Made by a program: the position numbers and the translations under genes
Notes under the pieces: generated by a model
What the model was told of the DNA's origin: nothing
What the model saw: only the letters and a program-made list of their open reading frames with translations
The model's database searches: none
Part shown: in pieces, positions 38,226 through 48,938 of the stretch
How positions within the stretch are numbered: position 1 is the stretch's first letter
How the letters are laid out: every line of letters begins with the position of its first letter
Source of the DNA: an uncultured Bacteroidota bacterium
Lineage (GTDB): Bacteria > Bacteroidota > Ignavibacteria > UBA10030 > UBA6906
DNA: 64,000 nt
NCBI GenBank assembly: GCA_963700635.1
Contig: CAVOYH010000004.1
Span: 864,001 to 928,000 of the forward strand
Reading direction: 5' to 3'

Positions 38226-40649
38226 ATGAAGACAACTTCCGTATGTGCCGGACTCGTCCTGCTTTTTATACTCCTCCCCGGATGCTCCTCGCAAAAGACT
38301 GTTCTCCTTCCCGGAGCGGCCGCCGGCGGCCGTACCTTGTTGCCCAACGGATGGTTCCTCTCACCGGCCGGGAGACACCTGGACGTCGGGGAATTACCCT
38401 TGAACATGGCCCTTGCCCACGACGACACGTTTCTTCTGGTGAACAACAACGGGACACGGGAGCAAAGCCTCACAGTAATTGATCGGCTTCGATGGGAGGT
38501 TGTCCAGACATACCCCATGCGGAAATCCTGGTTAGGTCTCAAGGTCATCGATGGTGGACACACCATTCTGGTTTCCGGGGGAAACGACAATACGGTTCTT
38601 CTGCTGGATTTTAAAGAGGGACGCCTCTCCCTCGCGGATTCCATCGTTCTTGGGAAACCCTGGCCTGCGGAGAAGATCTGGGTTGGCGGTCTGGACGCAG
38701 ATCTGGAGGGGCGGTTTGTGTACTGCGTCGGGAAAGAAAACAGGATCCTGTACAAGCTCGACATCAGGTTGCGTGCGGTTGTTGCAAGACTGGAGCTCCC
38801 TTCGATTCCGTATTCCTGTCTCCTGTCCCCTGCCAACGATATCCTCTTTGTGAGCCTGTGGGGCGGTTCCTCCGTTGCGCTGGTGGATCCCCTGACACTC
38901 TCGCTCAAGAGCGCTGTGCCTGTGGGGGAACACCCGTGTGACATGGTGTCTTCGGCTGACGGTGCACGCCTGTTCGTCAGTAATGCAAACACCAACACCG
39001 TATCGGTCATTGACGTGCAGCGGGAACGTGTCAGCGAGACAATCTGCACAGCGCTTTCACCGAAAGCTCCGCCCGGCAGCACTCCCAATGCCATGGCGCT
39101 GTCACCCCAGGGTGACACTCTGTATGTGGCGAACGCAGACAACAATTGTCTGGCTGTGCTGGATGTTTCGAAACCGGGAAAAACCAGGTCACTCGGATTC
39201 ATCCCTGTGGGCTGGTACCCAACTTCCGTCAAGGTGGGGTCCAACGGGGATATTGTCGTCGCAAATGGAAAAGGCGTGGGTTCACGAGCGAATCCCCTCG
39301 GTCCCATTCCCTCCAGTCGGTCGAAAACGGAGGAATACATAGGGTCGCTCTTCCGCGGCAGCGTTTCGCTGATCCCCCGGCCAAGTGCTTCCCGGCTTGC
39401 GGAATATTCCATGGCCGTATACGCGAATTCGCGGTATACCGATGCACGCGCGGTTGCTCCCGGACTGGATTCTCTGAATCCGGTTCCGCACAGAGTGGGA
39501 GCTTCTTCCCCCATTACATATGTCTTCTACATCATCAAGGAAAACCGGACGTACGATCAGGTCTTTGGCGACATTCCGGAAGGAAACGGTGACTCCTCCC
39601 TCTGTCTCTTTCCGGATCACGTGACCCCCAACCACCATGCTCTTGCCCGTGAATTTGTGCTTCTGGACAACCTCTACCACGAGGCGGAGGTCAGTGCTGA
39701 CGGACATAATTGGTCCATGGGTGCGTACGCCACCGATTATGTGGAAAAGACCTGGCCGACAATGTACGGGGGCCGAGGGGGAGACTACCAGTACGAAGGA
39801 GGAGTTCCGATCGTCTACCCTGCCGGCGGATATCTGTGGGATAATTGCCAGCGTCACGGTATTACGTATCGATCCTACGGAGAGTTTGCCGAAAATGCGC
39901 GGACTCCGGGCGATTCTGCCCGTGGTCTCACCCCATCGTTGCAGGGTCACGTCGCTCCGTTCTACCGGGGGTGGGACATGAAATACTCAGACGTGCAGCG
40001 GGCGAGGGACTGGCAGGTTGAATTCGACGAGTATGACCGGTCCGGTGGGCTTCCCCGATTCCAGATCATCAAGCTTCCCAATGACCATACCGAAGGTACA
40101 CGCAGGGGAAGCGTGACACCGCGGGCCTACCTGGCCCAGAATGACCTTGCTCTCGGGATGATCGTGGACCGGATCACGCACAGCCGGTATTGGAAGGAAT
40201 CCGCAATCTTCGTGCTTGAAGATGACGCGCAAAACGGCCCGGACCACGTCGATGCGCACCGGACCGTATGCCTTGTGATCAGTCCGTATACAAAACGCCG
40301 TTTCGTGGACAGCGAGTTTTACAGTTCGAGCAGCGTGGTCCGGACCATGGAACTTATTCTGGGTTTGCCGCCACTCTCCCAGTTTGATGCGGCTGCAACA
40401 CCTATGTATGCATCCTTTTCATCCTCGCCTGATTTTACCCCGTACAGCTGCCGCCCGGCAAACATCGATCTGGAGGAGCTAAATCCCGATGGAGCGTACG
40501 GCCAGGAGAGAAGCGAGGAACTGGATTTTAGCTTGCAGGACCGGATCCCGGATGTAGAGCTGAACGAAATCGTTTGGCGGTCGGTACGGGGCAGGGACTC
40601 CGTGATGCCTTCGCCCGTGCGGAGTGCGTTTGTGCGTGTGATTGACTGA
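38226..40649 (+). CDS. Lipoprotein: YVTN/YncE beta-propeller fused to an alkaline-phosphatase-superfamily phosphoesterase
   Basis: Lipobox LPGC; VG.HP / LFVSN repeats; IPVGWYP, IIKENRTYDQ, TPNHHALA, SADGHNW, PNDHT, EDDAQNGPDHVDAHR. Confidence 0.9.
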   Translation: MKTTSVCAGLVLLFILLPGCSSQKTVLLPGAAAGGRTLLPNGWFLSPAGRHLDVGELPLNMALAHDDTFLLVNNNGTREQSLTVIDRLRWEVVQTYPMRKSWLGLKVIDGGHTILVSGGNDNTVLLLDFKEGRLSLADSIVLGKPWPAEKIWVGGLDADLEGRFVYCVGKENRILYKLDIRLRAVVARLELPSIPYSCLLSPANDILFVSLWGGSSVALVDPLTLSLKSAVPVGEHPCDMVSSADGARLFVSNANTNTVSVIDVQRERVSETICTALSPKAPPGSTPNAMALSPQGDTLYVANADNNCLAVLDVSKPGKTRSLGFIPVGWYPTSVKVGSNGDIVVANGKGVGSRANPLGPIPSSRSKTEEYIGSLFRGSVSLIPRPSASRLAEYSMAVYANSRYTDARAVAPGLDSLNPVPHRVGASSPITYVFYIIKENRTYDQVFGDIPEGNGDSSLCLFPDHVTPNHHALAREFVLLDNLYHEAEVSADGHNWSMGAYATDYVEKTWPTMYGGRGGDYQYEGGVPIVYPAGGYLWDNCQRHGITYRSYGEFAENARTPGDSARGLTPSLQGHVAPFYRGWDMKYSDVQRARDWQVEFDEYDRSGGLPRFQIIKLPNDHTEGTRRGSVTPRAYLAQNDLALGMIVDRITHSRYWKESAIFVLEDDAQNGPDHVDAHRTVCLVISPYTKRRFVDSEFYSSSSVVRTMELILGLPPLSQFDAAATPMYASFSSSPDFTPYSCRPANIDLEELNPDGAYGQERSEELDFSLQDRIPDVELNEIVWRSVRGRDSVMPSPVRSAFVRVID

Positions 40650-40727
40650 GGATCCGGGAGGCAGTGTAGTCTCTTTCATCCGGATCCGTGGGGATCTACA
40701 GCGGGTGTTATGCCGTTAACGCCATCG

Positions 40728-42569
40728 TTATCGGGGCGAGGCGTCCACCAGAACCGGTTCGAGGCCGGGCAGCGGGATTATCTGCAATGCAAGTTCACGT
40801 TCCAGCTCCGCTAACTGCGAGCGCATAATCTCGCGGTACCGCTCGGTCTCCTTGACGAGTTTGGGGACGAGCGACCGGTAATATTCAATACCTTCCTGCA
40901 GACTCGTCTGGAATTTTGTAAGGTACTTATGCTCACTCGCGGTCAGGGTCTCCAATTTCTTTGCAATTTCACTCTTCAAATAGTCGATATAAAGCCGAAG
41001 TTCATTGATGAAGAGGTTCGGGCGGTCGGAGACAGTTATCAGCTGCAGCCGGCCGTAGATGTGCCCTACCATTTCCTCCAGGGTGGCTATGCGGGAGAAG
41101 TACGCAAGGTTGGGGCCGGGACACACAGCTACAGCAGGAGTGCTGCCGTTATGTTTTGTGCCGGCTCCGACAAACGGTGATGCCGCAAGATCTTCACAGA
41201 GGCAGGATTTTTCGACAACCTTGCTGATCCGGTACTCGAGATCTTCGCCCGGCAGGTCCATCCCCTGCAACTGATTGATTTTGAGTGACTGATACTGTCG
41301 GGACGCGGTGCAAATCGGATCCTTTGTGAACTCGGTATTGGACACGAGATATTTCTTTGTGCACGGACTCCCGGGATTGTCATCTTCGACACGCCGGCGT
41401 ATCAACTCTTCGCTTGAACTGCCCCGGATGTTATTGAAGGCGATGCCAAGCGGGGATGCATCGCTGATGTAGTAATCCTCTTTTCCGGCGGCGGCCAGCT
41501 TCGCCCGCGTCGCGTCGTCGACGTTTGTCGCATCCGGAACAAGCAGAAAGGGAGATCCCCACCCCGTTCCGTCCATTTCAAAAAATTCCCGCAGAAACTC
41601 GTCCTCAGCCGTAGTCCCGATACCTCCCTGGACCGTGATGCGAACCGGCCTGGGCTCGGCAAATGCCGGCAACCCTTTTTCCCGCCTGGTGGCAGAATAG
41701 AGTGTGTGCAATTCGAGAATCAGGGCTTCTCTCTTCTCCTTAAATTCCTGCAGAATGGGTCCGAGTAGCACCCCGTCGGTCGCAAAGGCATGCCCACCAC
41801 AATTCAAACCGGATTCTATTCGATACTCTGATATCCAGATTCCCTTCTTCGCGAGGATCTTTCCCTGGATAAACGCGGACCTGTAGTCACTGACTTTCAG
41901 GATTACTCTCTTTGGGGACGTACCATCTGAATCCGGAAGAAATTCTGGGCAACGCTGCATATACGAGAACAAACGTGGATTCAGGCCGGCGGAAAGCACG
42001 ACAGAAGAATCAAGATCACTCCGCACGAAGCCCCGGAGGGCGGCAACGGCATCTGTTGAGTCGGGAAGCGGTTCGGCATTGTGCCTGGGGATGTTGACCT
42101 TGTCAAGCTTGGTCATGATGTTCACGTCGATAGCACCGGCCACAATGCGGGACCTGAGTTCTTCTTCCAAATTTTCACGGTGTGCAGTGTCCCGGGCCGC
42201 GCCCAATCGCCGGTAGAGCGCCTTGAGCGGTGAGTGGTCGGCGAGCATCTCGAAGTACTTCACAATCTCGCTCCCCTGCTCAAATGCAGAGGCCCTCAGC
42301 TTCGCCGTCTGTTCATGGACGATCTGATTCACAAGATTAAGATATGCTGTGATCCTCCTCGCGCGGTGATCATCGTCCCGTTGATTGATTACGGTGTACG
42401 GCTTGCCGTAAACGCGCGAGTAGTGCTCGCGCATGCGCTCAATGAGGACGTCATCAACGATGGAAATTACCGAGGCAATCCCGAATCGCGCAACCCGCAG
42501 AGGTGTGTCGATGGAAAATGCCAGTCCGAGAACAGGGATGTGAAACGTGTGTACGGGATGAGTCAGCAA
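40728..42569 (-). CDS. Conserved hypothetical protein, probable FMN TIM-barrel oxidoreductase with a Cys-rich C-terminal region
   Basis: TTG start after GGAG; HTFHIPVLG, LSAG, ESGLNCGGHAF, VQGGIG, GWGSPF; Cys in PC, IC, CLC, VCPG. Confidence 0.7.
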   Translation of the reverse strand: MLTHPVHTFHIPVLGLAFSIDTPLRVARFGIASVISIVDDVLIERMREHYSRVYGKPYTVINQRDDDHRARRITAYLNLVNQIVHEQTAKLRASAFEQGSEIVKYFEMLADHSPLKALYRRLGAARDTAHRENLEEELRSRIVAGAIDVNIMTKLDKVNIPRHNAEPLPDSTDAVAALRGFVRSDLDSSVVLSAGLNPRLFSYMQRCPEFLPDSDGTSPKRVILKVSDYRSAFIQGKILAKKGIWISEYRIESGLNCGGHAFATDGVLLGPILQEFKEKREALILELHTLYSATRREKGLPAFAEPRPVRITVQGGIGTTAEDEFLREFFEMDGTGWGSPFLLVPDATNVDDATRAKLAAAGKEDYYISDASPLGIAFNNIRGSSSEELIRRRVEDDNPGSPCTKKYLVSNTEFTKDPICTASRQYQSLKINQLQGMDLPGEDLEYRISKVVEKSCLCEDLAASPFVGAGTKHNGSTPAVAVCPGPNLAYFSRIATLEEMVGHIYGRLQLITVSDRPNLFINELRLYIDYLKSEIAKKLETLTASEHKYLTKFQTSLQEGIEYYRSLVPKLVKETERYREIMRSQLAELERELALQIIPLPGLEPVLVDASPR

Positions 42570-42781
42570 GTGCCGCGCTCCAGATAATATGCGAAAATGG
42601 GCGAAAATGACGTCATAGGTACTCACCCATTCTCTAACTACCCCAATTCTGGACACAGAGTCAACTACTTTCTCTTCAATTACGATGGCATTCGGGTTCC
42701 CCCCGCCCGCTTCGTCTTCATCGCCTCGGCATGGGGTGATGCGGTATTCGTTTTGGTGTCCCGGTCAACGTTCGAGCCGCC

Positions 42782-42810
42782 TTGCGCTTTCCTTATTCTG
42801 AGTGTATACT
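42782..42810 (+). promoter_or_regulatory. sigma70-type promoter upstream of GH97
   Basis: TTGCGC-17 nt-TATACT. Confidence 0.55.
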
Positions 42811-42874
42811 TACTCAATTGTTTGAGAACGCCGCTACGATCATCCATTACGATATCCCCCGAAGAGGTCACTGA

Positions 42875-44951
42875 GTGTGCACATCGTGGAGATCCCTGCA
42901 ATTCGGCCAGAGGCGCGCCCCGTGGAGATCTGCTTTCCTTGTCGTCGGGCTTGTCCTCCTGCTGGGGGTAATACCGTCGCATGCCGGTGACAGACCGGGG
43001 CGTTTGCTTTGCCGGGTCACATCTCCGACAGGCACTCTGAGCGTCACAGTCTACGAGGCCGAAGACTGAACGGTCTATTCTCCGGTACGCGGTCCATGCC
43101 GGCCAGATTCGCGTCGTGGAACCTTCGGCGCTGGCCATGATTGTTGCGCCCGGAGAGTGGATCCATGGTGATCTTGTTTCCGTGACGGACACGACGGTTG
43201 TGGAGATTTACCGGTTGCCTGTCGGTAAGACTTCCACAGCACGGAGCCGGTATAACGGTTCGCGTCTTCACTTCAAGGAACCCCGTGCGCCGTTTCGCTC
43301 TCTGGCCGTTGAATTCCGCGCGTTTGATGACGGAGTCGCATTCCGAACGATCCTGGAGTCAGTCACCCCAAACGACAGCATTGTGATTCTGCATGAGGAC
43401 GCCGAATTCCGCTTCCCCCCTGCGACAGGTGTGCATGCCCTCTGGCTGGGCGCGAATACTCACTTTGAAGGCACGTATCGTTCCTGGGAGACCCTGGACA
43501 GTGTGCCGCGTGACACCCGGTTCCCGGTGCCTGTGCTTGTTCAGTCCTCACCAGGAGTCTTCGCGGCCATTTGCGAAGCAGCGCTGCTGGACTATCCCGG
43601 CATGTCGCTGAGAGTATCCGATGACGCAATCCCCGGATTCGTTTCCGACCTGACGCGTCGGCGTGATGACTCTACGCTTGCTGTGATCGGGCTTGGCAAA
43701 ATCGTAACACCGTGGCGCGTTATCATGGTTGCCGCCCGGGAGGTGGAACTAATCGAATCAAATATCCTGACACACCTCGCGCCACCGTGCGAGCTTCCGG
43801 AAACGGATTGGATACGTCCCGGAAAAACAACCTGGGACTGGTGGAACAGTCACCTCCTCAGCAGTGAACACGATCCCGGCGCAATGGACTTTCGTACGAT
43901 GAAGGAATACATCGACTTCTGTGCACGGAATGGCATTGAGTATCATAGTCTCACCGGCTTTGATGCGGGGGGCGGTGACATGACGGCGTGGTACGGCGAG
44001 CATCGCTCCTTCCTTCCCTCTCCGGGAACAAGCCTGCGGGTACCTGTTGCAGAGGTCGAGCTCCCCTCACTCCTTGCGTATGCGCGTGAACAAGGCGTCG
44101 GGCTCCGTCTCTGGCTTCACTTTTGTTCACTTCAAGAGGAGTGTATCGATTCAGTCTTCGCACTGTATGAGCAGTGGGGTATTAACGGGTTTATGCTTGA
44201 CTTTATCGAGAGGGATGACCAGGAAGCCGTCGTGTTTATCACAGATGTCTTACGGGCGGCAGCGAAACACCATTTGACCGTCTCGCTTCATGGTGCGGCG
44301 AAGCCCACGGGCCTCACGAGGACCTTTCCCAATCTTCTAAACCACGAGGGGGTCCTGAATCTTGAATGGAACAAGTGGAGCAGCCGGTGCACTCCCGGGC
44401 ACAACGTGACCGTACCGTTTATTCGTATGCTCGCCGGGCCGATGGATTATCACCTCGGCGGGGTACGTTCTGTGGACCCGGCGGAGTTTATCCCCCGCCA
44501 CGTGGCGCCCTCGGTCATGGGTACGCGCGCGCACAATGCGGCAATGTACGTCGTCTTTGAGAACTACCTGCCCATGGTTGCCGATTACCCGGGGGCCTAC
44601 GTGGGTGACAGCGTTTTCGCCGTTGTGTTCGGGATACCCACCACGTGGGATGAAAGCCGAGGGTTGGCCGGTGAAATCGGGGAGTACATCGTGATTGCCC
44701 GGCGTAGGGGTAGGGACTGGTATGTTGGCGCGATGAACGGCTCAGTACCACGGACGGTGGAGCTTCCGCTGACCTTTCTCGGCCCTTCACGGTATCGGGC
44801 AACAATCATCCGCGACGATGAAGCGCCTGGGAGTATGGCAGCACGTATTGATTCAAGAGAGATGTCAGCAGGATCACGATTGTTCCTGCGTCTCGGGCGA
44901 GACGGAGGTGCATTGATCCGGCTTTCTGCCGTACCGGGGGAATCACCGTGA
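42875..44951 (+). CDS. GH97 alpha-glucosidase/galactosidase (+1 frameshift at ~43041-43067)
   Basis: Signal peptide and SPTGTLSVTV in the first frame; then RAFDDGVAFR, TPWRV, WIRPGK, YIDF, HG..KPTG..RTFPN, EGV, RMLAGPMDY, PTTWDE. Confidence 0.88.
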
Positions 44952-45011
44952 GTACCCCCGGGGTATTTTGCTCCCCTCCGGCCGACCGATGCCGGGGAGC
45001 AATAATGCACT

Positions 45012-46265
45012 TCAGGGGTTGACCAGCGGAAGATTCTTGAAGTACGCGAAAACACCAAATGCCCTGACAGCTTCCCCCTGGGCGTGGACAGTCCCCACCT
45101 CATCCACGCCATAACCATCCTCGCCTCCCTCGGGATTCCAGCCGTTACGAATCCCGTCATCATATTCACGGTGAAGGAGGATTCTCGCCGTACCGTGATG
45201 GTTCGTCCACACATGCTCCAGCATTCTGCCGACCTTTTCAGGGACCTCCTGCAGTTCGTCAGGTGCGATGGAATATGCGTCCAGGAGAAAGTGTACAAAC
45301 GCACCATTGCCATCCATGTGTATCTGGAAAAAATCCACAGGGTCAACCCAGCCCGTGGCCGGATCGAGAATGCGCCTTGCTGTTTCCACGACAATTGTTT
45401 TGTATTTCGGGTCTTTTGTGGAACGATAGAGGGCCGCCCCGATGGAACAATACCCCGTTCCCCCCCAGGGCACCTCTTTCCCGAATGCGGCCCTTCCCTC
45501 TCTCCCCTTCCAGCGGCCATTCCCGAGATACAGCTTCTTCTCGATGCCCGGTGTGATTCCATCCCCATTCCATACAAGCAAAGCATCCTTCAGGAATATG
45601 TCGTTGCCTGTTGCGTCGTAAAGGCGGCAGGCGACATTGACCATCTGGTTCATGTTGGTATTGGTAAAAATGGGGTCTTGCACCTGGGCCATTGGATGAT
45701 AGTTGTACCAGGTCCAGTACCCTTCATGGTTGGAGAGCATTCCTCCCTTGCGCGCTTCGGCATAGCGTTGCGCCGCGTCCGTGACCAGCGTCATATGCTT
45801 CTTTCCGGTAAACTCCCACCAGGTAAGTTCTGCAAGGCAGGCCCAGGCACGGTCATCCAGCCAGTATCCGTTGGAAAGCAGGGTAAGCGGACGTTGCACA
45901 AAGTGAAAACGGAGCAGGGCCGAGTCATTCGTCGCAGCGAACAGATACGCATCACCAAGTGCGCCATAGGCCCCCTCCCAGCCGGGCGTATAGACCTGAT
46001 GAAAGAGCCGGTCAATCCGGTATGCTCTCTGAAGCCACAATTCTGTCGGCTCATACTGGGAGATATTCTCAGCCCCCGGAACGGCGGGCGAGGCCGTTTC
46101 GTCGACAGTTGCCGGCGCAGTGCCAAACCGTATGGGGGCTATCAGGACTATTCCCAGGACAAGCAGTGCAGCAACGGCAATGAGTCCGTAGACCCGGCCC
46201 GGGTGTTTTACTGCCGGCGTTCCGGCAGGTTTTCTTCTGGATTGTGACTTATGCGATCGGGTCAT
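45012..46265 (-). CDS. Membrane-anchored GH76-like (alpha/alpha)6 glycosidase
   Basis: N-terminal TM segment; WLDDRAWACLA resembles the GH76 DD catalytic pair; LYDATG / LYRST.D..Y helical repeats. Confidence 0.55.
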   Translation of the reverse strand: MTRSHKSQSRRKPAGTPAVKHPGRVYGLIAVAALLVLGIVLIAPIRFGTAPATVDETASPAVPGAENISQYEPTELWLQRAYRIDRLFHQVYTPGWEGAYGALGDAYLFAATNDSALLRFHFVQRPLTLLSNGYWLDDRAWACLAELTWWEFTGKKHMTLVTDAAQRYAEARKGGMLSNHEGYWTWYNYHPMAQVQDPIFTNTNMNQMVNVACRLYDATGNDIFLKDALLVWNGDGITPGIEKKLYLGNGRWKGREGRAAFGKEVPWGGTGYCSIGAALYRSTKDPKYKTIVVETARRILDPATGWVDPVDFFQIHMDGNGAFVHFLLDAYSIAPDELQEVPEKVGRMLEHVWTNHHGTARILLHREYDDGIRNGWNPEGGEDGYGVDEVGTVHAQGEAVRAFGVFAYFKNLPLVNP

Positions 46266-46358
46266 AAAACACCTCTCTCCCGTGACAGAGTTCGAATCCC
46301 GCGCAGGTAATTGCCTTCCTTATTGACATGGCGTGCGATGGATCCGCTCTTTCGGTGC

Positions 46359-48017
46359 TCATTTCAGAAGGACGAGTGTCCTCGTTTGCGAAAAATCTCC
46401 TGCGTGCATTCTATACATGTATACCCCGCTTGCCAGAGGTGCTCCGTCGAGCTGCACCTGATGGACGCCAGCCTCACGCATCGTATCCAATAACTCCAGC
46501 ACCTCCCGGCCAAGCATGTCGTAAACCGTCAGTCTCACGCGGGAGGTCTGAGGCAACTCGTATGTGATGGTCGTAACCGGGTTAAACGGGTTCGGGAAAT
46601 TCTGGCTCAATGTGTACGCGCCTGGGAGGTTTTCATCCAAACGATCTCGCACTCCCGTCACAATCAGGGGAACGCTGAATGCGGAGGTGTTGCCCGCACT
46701 ATCGGTGCAGGTGGCCGTGACAAAGGGGCCGGACGCTGTTCCGGTCCATGTAAAATTGCCGGAGGGATCCGCGGTTGTCGTTCCTTCGTAGATGGCACCT
46801 TCATCCGAAGAGTCGGAGAAGATCTCCACCCTGCTCCTTGCCGGGGCTGTGCCCGTGACCATCGATGCCGTCGCCCCCCCTATCACGGGAGGAGTGATAC
46901 CGGCATTTGCCCCGTCAATGATGGAAATCCCTGATCCCCCGTTCCGCTTGATCGTGTTCCGGGTGATGCTGTTAGAAAACGTTGAATCGTGGGTCATCGA
47001 GATACCGTGGCTTCCATTAAACGTGATCGTATTGCCCGGACCGATGGTATTCTCCTGTGCGCCAAAATCAAAACGAATGCCGTACGACACGTTCCCCAGA
47101 TTCATTTGCCCCGTCGGGTCTGTACCGATAGAATTGCCGCTGATCGTATTCTTCCGCCCGGGGGGGATTCGGAGCACAATGCCCACCCACCCGTTGGCGG
47201 AGATAACATTTCCTTCGCCTGGCGCAGGGCTTCCAATGCTATTACTCCCGCATTCCCGGATGCACACACCTGTGTTCTTGTTTGGCAAGGCAGCCGTGCT
47301 ATTTCTGTTTACCCCGATATAGTTGCCGAGAATCCGGTTGCTGTCAGCCCGGTCGATATACACTCCGTTACCGGTGGCGAGATTAACGCTGGTGGTCGTA
47401 CCAGAAATGATATTCCGTTCTGCTTCCGTGGCTCCCCCCACGCGATTATTGCTTGCGCCTGTACGGATCCAAATGCCACCCAGGACATTACCGTGTGCGA
47501 CCATGCCGGTCGGGTCGGTTCCTATATAGTTGCCGACAATGCTGTTGCCCCGCGCAGTTGTGCCACGGATATCCACCGCAATCGAGTTGACCCGGTTGAT
47601 GATAAGACCCTTGATCACGTTGTCCGGCGAAGTGATCGTAAATCCGTTGGCGCCCGCAGCATTCGTTCCGTCAATTTCGATTTCAGGGCCGAAGACGTTT
47701 CGATCGCCTTGACTGGCAGTCTGAGTAGTTCCATCGATGAATGTTCCTCCATCTGAAAGACTCGAGAAATCTGACGTCGGGCGTATCGTCCAGACTCCGG
47801 AAACCACATCAAATCCCGGGTCCGATGCAGGTATGGTAAACAGGATCGTGTCGGCGCCGGCATGGGTATTGGCGTCGACAATAGCCTGACGGAGCGACCC
47901 GGCACCGGATTCAGCGGTGGTGGTAACGGAATAGATGTTTGCGCGGACGACGGAAAGAGAGACACCGCTGATGATGACCGCGACGAGGAAAGAACGGGCA
48001 ATTCGATCGTGCGTCAT
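46359..48017 (-). CDS. T9SS-sorted protein with parallel beta-helix repeats
   Basis: Signal peptide; DSG-like GSLRQAI..AN; repeated GNYIGTD/NIISG; C-terminal LSQNFPNPFNPVT...LASGVYMYRM...LVLLK. Confidence 0.85.
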   Translation of the reverse strand: MTHDRIARSFLVAVIISGVSLSVVRANIYSVTTTAESGAGSLRQAIVDANTHAGADTILFTIPASDPGFDVVSGVWTIRPTSDFSSLSDGGTFIDGTTQTASQGDRNVFGPEIEIDGTNAAGANGFTITSPDNVIKGLIINRVNSIAVDIRGTTARGNSIVGNYIGTDPTGMVAHGNVLGGIWIRTGASNNRVGGATEAERNIISGTTTSVNLATGNGVYIDRADSNRILGNYIGVNRNSTAALPNKNTGVCIRECGSNSIGSPAPGEGNVISANGWVGIVLRIPPGRKNTISGNSIGTDPTGQMNLGNVSYGIRFDFGAQENTIGPGNTITFNGSHGISMTHDSTFSNSITRNTIKRNGGSGISIIDGANAGITPPVIGGATASMVTGTAPARSRVEIFSDSSDEGAIYEGTTTADPSGNFTWTGTASGPFVTATCTDSAGNTSAFSVPLIVTGVRDRLDENLPGAYTLSQNFPNPFNPVTTITYELPQTSRVRLTVYDMLGREVLELLDTMREAGVHQVQLDGAPLASGVYMYRMHAGDFSQTRTLVLLK

Positions 48018-48196
48018 GATGTATCCTCCATGTGGTTTCTGGCAAACACTCCGCCCGCACGTACGCAACAGGGGCAGCAGCTCTTGCGTGTACAAGCCGC
48101 TTGCTGAGTTCCCGATCTAAACGCAGAACGGCCTCTCGTCCATCGGACGAAGAGGCCTGTGTTCCCCTATCCGCAATTCCCCCGATCCATGCTGTT

Positions 48197-48225
48197 AAGG
48201 TACACTGTTACGGGAATATTGTCAA
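48197..48225 (-). promoter_or_regulatory. sigma70-type promoter upstream of the beta-helix gene
   Basis: TTGACA-17 nt-TACCTT, about 180 nt upstream of the ATG. Confidence 0.55.
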
Positions 48226-48293
48226 CCTCGTGCCGGAAGCCATGCCGGGTGCCAGTAATCCCCGTACCGATTGTCCGTGAGCCCCGTGGTGCT

Positions 48294-48938
48294 TCAGGAT
48301 TCTTCCCGGAGGGCCGTGAGCACAACAATGTGAGCAGTCTCTGGAGTGTCCCGGACTTCATGAAGCGTCCGCAATGGGAGCGTCTTCGCCAAACCCGGGA
48401 GCCCTCCAAGTGTTACAAAGGTCTTGAAGTTCCTGTAATGATCCCGACCGGCGAAAAATTCCACGACATGGTTCAGGTACGACCGGAAACCCTCCGGCCT
48501 TGGCACGAGATAGTCGCCGAGAATGATGGTGTCGGCGATTCCGAACACATCCCGGAGAAGCCCCGCCCGGAGATGTTCCGGCACTTCATGTAGAACATAC
48601 GTCATCACCGCATAGTCGTAGTGCTTGCCGCGTTCGCTCAGGATGTCCGCCGCGCTCTTATGTTCGAAAAGAATCCCGGGATGAGGATTGCGGGAAAGTG
48701 TACGGTCCGCCCGTCGGATATTCCTCACGGAGAGATCTATCCCCATCACGGTGGTGCACGTCTCCGCAAGCATGAAGGCCAGTCGACCTGTGCCGCATCC
48801 GACATCAATGACTGTGGACCCTGGTTTGATCAGCCGTTTGACTTGCTCAAAGAGGTGATCCTGATTCGGCGCAATCCACGTATCATAGAGCCATCCGTCA
48901 TACCAGTGGTCCTTATTCGCCGGCATCTCCTGTTTCAT
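48294..48938 (-). CDS. Class I SAM-dependent methyltransferase
   Basis: VIDVGCGTG, GIDLS, YVLHEV; ATGA overlap with the upstream gene. Confidence 0.88.
   Translation of the reverse strand: MKQEMPANKDHWYDGWLYDTWIAPNQDHLFEQVKRLIKPGSTVIDVGCGTGRLAFMLAETCTTVMGIDLSVRNIRRADRTLSRNPHPGILFEHKSAADILSERGKHYDYAVMTYVLHEVPEHLRAGLLRDVFGIADTIILGDYLVPRPEGFRSYLNHVVEFFAGRDHYRNFKTFVTLGGLPGLAKTLPLRTLHEVRDTPETAHIVVLTALREES

Noticed and set aside
38204-39514. 436-aa antisense ORF (likewise 45084..46247, 44597..45586 and 59830..60648)
   Set aside because: Shadow ORFs opposite well-supported genes in GC-rich DNA, with no recognisable motifs.
42591-42610. Tandem gcgaaaatg(g/a) direct repeat
   Set aside because: Only two short copies; could be an operator but is indistinguishable from chance.
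43067-43069. In-frame TGA in GH97 as selenocysteine or read-through
   Set aside because: The downstream coding sequence is in a different frame, so this is a frameshift, not recoding.
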